DNA from: Trichoplax adhaerens
Taxonomy: Eukaryota; Animalia; Placozoa
NCBI RefSeq assembly: GCF_000150275.1
Contig: NW_002061225.1
Span: 1 to 7,660, forward strand
Direction of reading: 5' to 3'
DNA: 7,660 nt
This document shows positions 1 to 7,660 of this stretch, one piece after another. Position numbers and translations under genes: made by a program. The notes beneath the pieces are model-generated. The model was not told the DNA's origin, ran no database searches, and saw nothing but the letters and a program-made list of their open reading frames with translations. Positions within the stretch are counted from its first letter, which is position 1. The number at the start of each line of letters is the position of its first letter.

Positions 1-1658
1 ACATAATGCATACACAACAAAGGTTAATAAATTTTTACTTATTTTCAACAGTCAAAGATACAAAGACTAAATTGAACTCTTATTATAATATAATGTGAAA
101 ATATTGACGGTGTTTAGGTTCAATTTCTAAGGATAAAACTCATTGAAAGTTGATATTACCAAACAATGTGAAATAGAGATAGCTAAATATAAAATAGAAG
201 ACATTATTCAGGTACAGTAGTAAAGTTAATTTAGTATTTCGCCATTAAAAATTGTCCAGCATATTATGATAATAGCTGATATCGTAAGCAGAGTCAAAAT
301 ATTAAATTTGGTTATTGGAGATAATTTTGGGTTTCAATAGTAAAAAACTGACAGACTTTAATTTATTCAGTAATTTATAGCGTACTTATTCAAATCGTAT
401 TTAACTTCTTTTTACAGCGATTGATCTGGCTTAAATCGGTTTTAGTATTAAGTTAAATGAATACCTGATACTAGCCATTGTTTTATTATAATGAAACTGT
501 GCCTACGTAATAAACAGTAAACATCGATAGTAAATGTAATAATAATTTGAAAGGAAATTTTATTATTCACATCACTACCATACAGTAGATACAATTGAAC
601 ATCCTATTTATTTCTATATTTATATAGCCATTCAAGTAACTAATAATAATATTGAAGCAGCAATGTTTAATTAGCTGTGTAATAACTGCACATTTTATTT
701 GAATAAAATAATGGCTTGTGTCTGTGGTATTCATTTAACTCAACAATAAAGCGGATTAAGTCTATTTTAATTGCGATAAAAGGACGCTTAGTTGCAGATT
801 GAATGAATACACTATGAATTACTTAATTAACTAAAGCCTGCCGGTTTTAACTATTAAAAAGCAAAACTCCTTCTAACAACGAAATTCAATATTTTGACTT
901 TTTTAACGATATCAACTATTATGATGTCATGCCGATCAATTTTGAATGGCGAAATACTATTGTAAGCTTACTTCTGCACCTAATTAATATCATCTATCTT
1001 ATATCTAGCCATTCTTATTATGCATGGTTAGGTGAATTAACTTTTAATATCAGAATACGGCTCCAGGATTTATTATAAGTCCCTTCTATCGATTATGATA
1101 ATATTAATTTTATTGTGGTTATTTAGTATTGTTCATAACAACTAAAGCTAAAGCGTTGCCATTATTTGACATTATATTATAATATCACAACCCTCGCTTA
1201 TAGCAAAGATTTCTTACAGAAACTCTCGTGCAAGTATTATAACTCGGGCTACTTCCCAGTATTTTCAATCTCTATGTGAGTGATATATGAGAAAAAGTGA
1301 GAACAAGTTTTCTCGGCTGTATTACACAGACGATTGATTAGCTATTACACTTTTCTTCACGTTACGACTCCTGAGCGCTTCTTAAGCAATTAAAACTTTT
1401 ATTTTACAACCACGCGCACTTAAATAGATTTCTACGGTGTACCCCGGTGTAAACTGGCGTGAATACATATTCTACAAGTTACATTAACAGATTTATACAA
1501 TTACTAAATAGACGCAAGTAGGTAGATATTCTGGAAGTTGAGGTGTTGAAACACTCTTCCTCCGTCTATAATTCACTAGTACAAGCCTAACAAACTAAAC
1601 ATGACCTTATCTAGATTATTCTCAAATATCAATTAACCGGTAACGCAGTACCATATCA

Positions 1659-1703
1659 TATATAAGACTTCAATTTAGTCTTCAACTCTTTCACAGTTGA
1701 AAA
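1659..1703 (+). promoter_or_regulatory. Candidate core promoter and short non-coding first exon of GPCR-1
   Basis: TATATAAG at 1659-1666, initiator-like TCACAGTT at 1691-1698, then a perfect donor GTAAGT at 1704-1709. Motif-only evidence in AT-rich DNA. Confidence 0.35.
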
Positions 1704-2011
1704 GTAAGTGAAAATTTATTGATCTTTGTCGCTTATGAATTATTGTCCAATAAAATTCAATTAAAAATATTTGAATAGTCTCATTGATAAATATCAAGAC
1801 TCGATTTTGGCGAAATATAAAGGACTTAAAAACTTTATATACAGTTGCTGTATAATTGGTTTATCATACGTGAAAAGAGCTAGTGTCTTTTGCAATTTTA
1901 ATTAGATAATATCAAGATATTTGTATACCACAGAAGTAGATATCGATCAGCTTTTCTAAAAAACTTATAGGCTATCCTAACACAAATTGAATTTTAATTA
2001 TTAATATTTAG
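1704..2011 (+). other. Candidate 5'-UTR intron of GPCR-1 (308 nt)
   Basis: GTAAGT donor at 1704 and a T-rich tract ending TTTAG at 2011, with 29 nt between it and the ATG at 2041. Confidence 0.35.
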
Positions 2012-2040
2012 TTATCGAGGAAATTTATATTATTATTAAA

Positions 2041-3064
2041 ATGAATAAATCAGGTGAATATTCTGTCTACCTTGATAACGAACCTGTACGTACATTCGCT
2101 TGGGTTATTACATTGATTGGTCTACCTTTAAATGCCTTTCTTGTCGGTTTTATGATTTGGGAACCTTGGTCGATAAAACATTCTAAGATAAGACGAAATC
2201 ATCATGTCCAGAATCCTACTATTCTAAAGAGTCCTTCTTTATGGTTTTTCTTCAACCTATTTATTTGCGACTTATTTGCTTCTGTTTATATTCTAATATT
2301 AGCTATATCTGATGCATACTATAGTTATTACTACAAGAATGTTTACCAGTTTAATACTAATTTTTCACGAGTAAAGAATGTTTGGTTTAAAAGTTTCACA
2401 TGTGCTACAGCTCATTTTTTGGGCAAAGTTACTATATCTATGGCAGCTACATTGACGTTAGTTATAGCTATAGATCGCTTTCTATTAATTGTTCGACTAT
2501 TTAGTAAAAAGAAATTCACTATGAAAGCAAGTCAAATTATTACTACTGTCATATGGATTGTAGATTTTAGTTTAGTAAGTGGATTGGCTGCGTATCACTT
2601 TCATAGTATAATGCGCTTTTTATCCTATACATTTCGATTCGATTTCAATTTATGTTTGGGTGATTCGAGTTCGACATTTGCTCGTACAATCTTAAAAATT
2701 TTGGAGTTAAGCTACTATCTTGTAGCTTATATAGTCAGTTTTATATCTACTAATAATAAGGAAATTAAGAATATCAAGATTAGCATTTGGATCACAAGCA
2801 CCGTCTACGTGCGAGAGACACTTTCAGGTAATGTTTACGCTCATCTCATGTACTAATGTATTTATCTTCCTTTTTATAATAATTGCTACCATCGCCGGCG
2901 TAACTCTCATTGACCTCAGTATATTTCAAAAGATAATAAGTCTCTTTCCGTTTGTTAATTCTGCGATCGATCCAGTATTATACCTAGTATTTCGGTATAG
3001 TGATATTAAGAAACAGTTATACTGTTGGCGTAGTAATAATGCTATCATTGAGCCTGCCATTTAA
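2041..3064 (+). pseudogene. Class A (rhodopsin-like) GPCR with an LGR/RXFP-like 7TM domain and no ectodomain; single frameshift at ~2741-2746 (pseudogene, null allele or assembly error); 342 aa if repaired
   Basis: ORF 2041-2856 encodes TM1-TM5: LIGLPLN, FNLFICDL (TM2 Asp), ECL1 WFKSFTC, DRF at 2473-2481, TM4 W, ECL2 NLCLG. The +1 frame from 2741 continues LYLLIIRKLRISRLAFGSQAPSTCERHFQVMFTLISCTNV into ORF 2831-3064, which encodes TM6-TM7 with NSAIDPVLY (DPVLY at 2969-2983). This continuation is colinear with the intact paralog at 6768. Confidence 0.9.
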
Positions 3065-4209
3065 AGTAAAACATTTTCAGTTGACCAAGTTGGCCTTCTG
3101 GAGATTCAAAAGTAGTTTTTATTGAATTACGTATTTCTCTCTTATGCAATGCAATGCTCTAACATATCATCATCATCTCTGATCAATACAAGAATTTCTG
3201 TAGGATACAAAGTCTTGATAATTCCTAAAGTATGATAGCTTAAGATTAGAAGTATAGTGATCTTGAAATAATTAACCTTACCGTGCAATGTATGATTCTG
3301 CGTTGTACCGTACATTTTATCAGCTGTATCTGTTTCGATGTAGCCCTAGTTTGTATCATTATAAGCACTATTCGTCAAATCTTTATGATCTAAATCAGCT
3401 TTAACAACTATAACTAATATAAGCATCATCTATGCGGACGCTTTATATCGAGAAGAACTACAATAAATCAATGTAGGAATTCAAGAACAATTAAATATTA
3501 TGATAAATTAATAAAGTTATCTGTAATTTGCATTCCGGTATCAAATATTTTAAAGCTCAAGCAATATATTGCAATCGATGGGATAAAATTTGGATATAGA
3601 TTATAATATATTTAGTGTATAAGGTTACTGTGAACTCTTCAAATTAGGTTATATGCCGTTACTTGCAAGTATTTAAACGCCTATTGAAATTTTAGAAAAT
3701 AGTCTTACGACTAGTTTTATCCTTGCCTGTAGACCTTTAAAATTAAAATTTTAATTTGTATAGATGTAAAATTGTAAGTATCACTAGTAATTAATTTAGT
3801 TTGCTGCCTTTACTAGTTATCACAATCGCTGATATGCTGGATTGCATTCGCTGGCGCTTATTTAAGTTATGATAAAATTGAGAGGTCGAAACGAAATTCA
3901 AATATTGTTCTTTGCTTGATGTCTTGATGAAGTTTTGGTAGCATCTGTGATATCAATAATGCCCTTTAAATTGTAGTAAACTAAAATTTGCAATACTTAT
4001 TCTATGAGACACGAATTCGTTCGCTGGTTAGTCACAATCTCGTAGACTACACTTCATCCTCAGCTTCCAATTGAAGGGGATCCCAGGAATTTAGCATTGC
4101 TGTTCGTGTAATTTAATTCGCGTAATATTCCTAGTTCGATATTGTCCGTAGTTTCACTACACCTGGAGGTCTAATGTTTAGTAGAACTGTTACCGTACTA
4201 AACTACTTA

Positions 4210-4214
4210 CCATC
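4210..4214 (+). repeat. Left target-site duplication CCATC
   Basis: Identical to 4705-4709 and directly abuts the TG terminus. Confidence 0.8.
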
Positions 4215-4461
4215 TGTGACGGTGTTATGATATCACACCGACGTATTGTTGTTTAGGTAATATGTGTTTATTTGTTATTGTGATAAATTTGTTTATACCT
4301 ATGTTGCAAGGCTCGGTATAGGAAACTAATATAATGTTTGTCTATTATTAGTCGCTGTTGTTATTGTTATTGTCATTGTATGTTACAACCTGATGAAGAA
4401 GAAGGTATTAATGCATAGAAGTTGTTTAGTGTAACCGTGCGCCAGCAAAACACTGGAAAGA

Positions 4462-4470
4462 TATATAAAG
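4462..4470 (+). promoter_or_regulatory. TATA box of the LTR promoter
   Basis: TATATAAAG followed by GG, lying mid-LTR, with an initiator-like TACAGTT at 4501-4507. Confidence 0.6.
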
Positions 4471-4536
4471 GGTCACGGCCCAAACACATAGAGAGTTTTT
4501 TACAGTTGATCTAGTTAGTGATCTGAGCTGATAAAT

Positions 4537-4542
4537 AATAAA
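4537..4542 (+). terminator. Polyadenylation signal AATAAA in the LTR R region
   Basis: AATAAA about 70 nt downstream of the LTR TATA box, the canonical LTR arrangement. Confidence 0.55.
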
Positions 4543-4704
4543 GTAACTCTAAACGCTATCAAATAGTCTCTCACTGTGATTAAGAAAGTTAGTCTTAGTC
4601 TGTACTATTCATCAAGAGTTAGTTTGAAGAATAGTCGGTGACAGTAAGTAGGTTAGTAGTTGCTAGCCTTGATAGTACAAGTGTCGCAGAGGAGATTTGT
4701 GACA

Positions 4705-4709
4705 CCATC
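4705..4709 (+). repeat. Right target-site duplication CCATC
   Basis: Identical to 4210-4214 and directly follows the CA terminus. Confidence 0.8.
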
Positions 4710-4898
4710 ACACAAAAATAAGACTGCACTATAAAACATGTATAGTTTATTTAGTATGTAGTAAAAGGACTAAAAGTAGAGTCCTTTGTAGTTTTAATAT
4801 GCTAAAACATCAACTGTCAATAATCAGCGATATTAATGTTAGAAAAGTACCCGTGATAGTCACATAAAAATTTTTGATTAGCAAAATAGCGATTACTG

Positions 4899-5796
4899 TG
4901 ATCTTTATAAAATCCGGATTTTTGGATGATTCGGATTCCGGAACCGGTCGGATTTGTATTAATTTTCCTGTTTTAATTTTTGGATTTTTGTTTATGAAAA
5001 ATATCGTAAGAGTTGATTTTTGAGATTTGGACATTTTGTTATGAATTTGAAACTTTGGAATTATATGACATGACTTGAAAGTCACATTAGGAGAATTAAG
5101 TGAGGAAAATAGAAAATAAGATGGAAATTGCCAGAGGTTGTGTTGATTATTAAGTAGTTAGAATGTTATTTTTATGACTAAATCTTGATATTTAAAGGTT
5201 GATTTTTAGACTTTTATAGTGTATTAATGATAGAAATTAAGTTTGAAGCGAAGTTTGATGTATTTTCATAGTTAACTTCTTGGTTTTATAGTGTTTTGTA
5301 AGGGAATCATACGGTAAATTGTGTCTGAACTTTGAATGATTTTTGTTTTTTTAAATGGTGCAAAGTAGTTTTCTAAAACGGATCTTAAGAGCAATTGGTT
5401 AGTAAATGTTCAGTTTTAAATACCTCTGACGGCTCTACGAAGCCTATAAATGATAGTGCAATTAGAAAATTTAGAGAGAGAGTAGAAGAAGATTTTATTT
5501 GAAGAACTTGTTGAATTTAAAAGGCCTAAGGGGTCGAATTGTCGTAAGTTAAAACGTTCTTGTTTTTGAAAGGTTGTTTGGTCGTTGACAGTTTTTAAGT
5601 CTGTCACTTATTTTATTAATACTTAAAGCTAAGTATTTGTGCGGTTGTTCGGTTTATACTTCTCTCCATTTTTGTTTTGTAATAAATTGTTGGTCGATTA
5701 TTTCCCCAAATTTTATTTGGTGTCAAAGTTTTATTAAGTCGACCGGAGTGCAACGAAAGTAGAATCAAAGTTTGTTAAAGCTTTGTAGCTTGATCT
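4899..5796 (-). other. Compositionally distinct segment with a possibly decayed minus-strand reading frame (origin unresolved: NUMT, retroelement or viral relic)
   Basis: Strong G>>C skew on the + strand (13 G : 2 C in 4981-5040; 13 G : 1 C in 5461-5520). Track ORFs 5416-5607 and 4810-5085 are in the same minus frame, with 5 TAA and 2 TGA internal stops across 266 codons. Confidence 0.35.
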
Positions 5797-6590
5797 CTAC
5801 ACATTTCATTTCATTACACATGATCGACCTAGTTATTCAATTATTTAATAATAAACTTATTTTAAACGCTTAATGAGCGATACTATCGTAAAAAACACTG
5901 GAGTAATGAATATCAGTACTTGAAACCATATACATTTATATAATTTAAATCATATCTCTATACCGTATATAAATTCTCTAGACAAATAACGAGGTAGTAT
6001 AGACATGAATGCAGAGATAATAAATAATAAGTCAGAATTCATTTTTAATATGTTAAGCCAATAGAATAAGGTAGCACTTGTGAGCAATTATTTCTGTCAT
6101 GGTATATGAATATAATATGACTGTAAAACAATTAAAAAACCAATTCTTGTTAATGCCATTGAGCTATCAATATTATGATTTCAATATTGATTGTCACTAA
6201 TATTATAAATAAGATCATGGAACTAAGGAGCTGCCAATATCTACACTAAAGACGGATTTATCATAATATATTCCCTAGATTCTTAACTATGGTAACTCTA
6301 TAATGCTTTATTTTAATTATTAATTCTGCAATCATAATAAATACTGCTCGCGTATAAAATTTAAGTCAAAATCTGGAAATAGAATGATCACTTCTCGTAT
6401 ATTCTCATTCTTTTTTTATCGCTCCGTCTCGACTTCATCAATACCTGCTTACGTTAATAAAAACTTTTTCATTAACAATAAAGTGGCGTTTATACTATAT
6501 TATTTCCTGTATTTATAACTTCTTGAATGGGAGTAAAAATGTTTGGATAATAAAAGAGTCAAAATAATTGATTTATTAATACCACAAATT

Positions 6591-6640
6591 NNNNNNNNNN
6601 NNNNNNNNNNNNNNNNNNNNNNNNNNNNNNNNNNNNNNNN
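6591..6640. other. Assembly gap (50 N)
   Basis: Run of 50 N. The round number suggests a placeholder of unknown true length. Confidence 0.99.
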
Positions 6641-6767
6641 AATTTATTTTGATCATGACTAGAGAAAGGGTATTTATAATAAAAATCGTAAGAAAATAAA
6701 AGTACAATTTTGTTCTAACAACTGCAACGTTATTTTATAACTATCTTTTCGAAACTTAATTTTAAGA

Positions 6768-7660
6768 ATGTCCAACTTCAGCTTATATTCTCCCTTTATG
6801 AATAGTGATTCTTCACGAATCATAGCTTTGACTGTTGTTCTCATTGGTTTACCTGTAAATCTCTTTCTAATTGGATATATAATTATATCGGAATGTTTTA
6901 CATGCAAGTTTCCTACAATTGGGAGAGACCGCTGCGAACATATGAGAAAACCTTCACTATGGCTACTTTTCAATTTATTAGTTTGCGATCTTATTGGTGT
7001 TACTTATATTACAATAATAGTTATTTCTGATGCTTATTACACTCAATATTATCAACATAAATACCAGTATTTGGCCAACGTAAGTTATTCTTTAATAAAA
7101 AATGAATGGTTTAAGACTACGGCTTGCAGCTTTGCGCAATTTCTTTCAAAGATTTTTCTGTACATGTCATCTACATTGACGCTTCTTATTGCGGTGGATC
7201 GTTATATATTAATTGTGTATCCGTATAGTAGAAAAAAGCTAACCATTAAAAAGAGTAAAATTCTGACTAGTATCACTTGGATTGCTGGTATTATTATAGC
7301 GGCTGGAATAGTTGTATTTAATAATATTGGAAAGAGGAAACTATCCCCTTATACTTTCGAACACTCTTCAAATTTATGTCTTGGCTTGTTTATCATGGAG
7401 CAGATTTATTTTATTCTCGGATTGTTGGAAATGTTTTATGTTATCATAGCTTATACAACTGCTTTCATATTGTATATACATATGATAGTTACGTTAAGAA
7501 AATCTACAACAATTTCTAGGTCACAATTTCGATCTGTATTTGATAAAAGACTTCAGATTACATTAACTTTTATCGCACTAACAAATGTGCTCAGTTTCTA
7601 TATTATTACTGGAGTTGGTATTTATGATAATATTAATAAGATAATTGTTCTAAGTAAAAT
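6768..7660 (+). CDS. Class A GPCR, LGR/RXFP-like 7TM paralog of the 2041 gene; 3'-truncated by the window edge (TM1-TM6 visible)
   Basis: Manual translation from ATG 6768 is stop-free for 297 codons to the window end: MSNFSLYSPFMNSDSSRIIALTVVLIGLPVN...PSLWLLFNLLVCDL...ISDAYY...KNEWFKTTAC...TLTLLIAVDRY(7197-7205)...NLCLG...FILYIHMIVTLR...ALTNV. An in-frame TAA lies upstream at 6738-6740. It is roughly 35-40% identical to GPCR-1 by manual alignment. The ORF track omits it, presumably because it has no stop inside the window. Confidence 0.93.
   Translation, partial: MSNFSLYSPFMNSDSSRIIALTVVLIGLPVNLFLIGYIIISECFTCKFPTIGRDRCEHMRKPSLWLLFNLLVCDLIGVTYITIIVISDAYYTQYYQHKYQYLANVSYSLIKNEWFKTTACSFAQFLSKIFLYMSSTLTLLIAVDRYILIVYPYSRKKLTIKKSKILTSITWIAGIIIAAGIVVFNNIGKRKLSPYTFEHSSNLCLGLFIMEQIYFILGLLEMFYVIIAYTTAFILYIHMIVTLRKSTTISRSQFRSVFDKRLQITLTFIALTNVLSFYIITGVGIYDNINKIIVLSK

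Larger units (their letters stand above)
4215..4704 (+). mobile_element. Solo LTR of an LTR retrotransposon (490 bp)
   Basis: Starts TGTGAC and ends GTGACA (TG...CA, imperfect terminal inverted repeat TGTnAC/GTnACA). Flanked by identical CCATC at 4210-4214 and 4705-4709. Internal TATATAAAG (4462-4470) precedes AATAAA (4537-4542) in U3-R-U5 order. No PBS follows and no polypurine tract precedes it on the + strand, as expected for a solo LTR. Confidence 0.8.

Noticed and set aside
1435-1451. Direct repeat CGGTGTA x2
   Set aside because: Only two short copies; no array or supportable function.
2746-2856. C-terminal tail STNNKEIK...AHLMY of the 271-aa ORF as a real domain
   Set aside because: Out-of-frame sequence after the frameshift; the +1 frame is the one that aligns with GPCR-2.
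2831-3064. 77-aa ORF as an independent gene
   Set aside because: It is TM6-TM7 and the C-tail of GPCR-1; homology to the paralog extends upstream of its Met to 2741.
3285-3405. Short overlapping ORFs (33-38 aa) downstream of GPCR-1
   Set aside because: Chance-length ORFs with no GPCR or other motif; more likely 3' UTR (AATAAA at 3462-3467).
4190-4214. Possible minus-strand primer-binding site (GA-TGGTAAGTAG) next to the LTR
   Set aside because: The TGG comes from the TSD itself, I cannot match it to a tRNA 3' end, no gag ORF follows, and LTR signals point to the + strand.
4355-4385. Degenerate TTG/TTA simple repeat
   Set aside because: Short, imperfect low-complexity tract inside the LTR U3; not a separate element or CRISPR-like array.
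4215-4712. MITE reading with TIRs TGTGACGGTGT / ACACCATCACA (10/11 match)
   Set aside because: These boundaries give no TSD, whereas ending at 4704 gives TG...CA plus a perfect CCATC duplication, along with an internal TATA and poly(A) signal. Sibling copies would settle it.
4764-4791. Hairpin AAAGGACT/AGTCCTTT followed by GTAG as a Helitron 3' end
   Set aside because: The terminus is not CTRR, the spacing is wrong, the stem is AT-rich, and no 5' end is identifiable.
6674-6973. Track ORF on the minus strand, 99 aa
   Set aside because: Antisense shadow overlapping the 5' part of the clearly homologous + strand GPCR-2; non-ATG start and no recognisable motif.

Overview
AT-rich eukaryotic genomic window, probably from an invertebrate or early-branching metazoan (placozoan-like; this is inference). 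It holds two tandem, same-strand class A GPCR paralogs with intronless coding regions. Their 7TM domains resemble LGR/RXFP/GRL101-type receptors, but they lack the LRR ectodomain. GPCR-1 (2041-3064) is split by one frameshift at ~2741-2746, which is repaired exactly by restoring a second copy of TTATA. GPCR-2 (6768 to the window end) is missing from the supplied ORF track and stays open to the edge. Between them lie a 490-bp solo LTR (4215-4704, TG...CA, perfect 5-bp CCATC target-site duplication, internal TATA and AATAAA) and a ~0.9-kb strand-skewed, hairpin-rich, foreign-looking segment (~4900-5790) that carries a possibly decayed minus-strand reading frame. There is also a 50-N assembly gap at 6591-6640. 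I found no RNA genes or CRISPR arrays.
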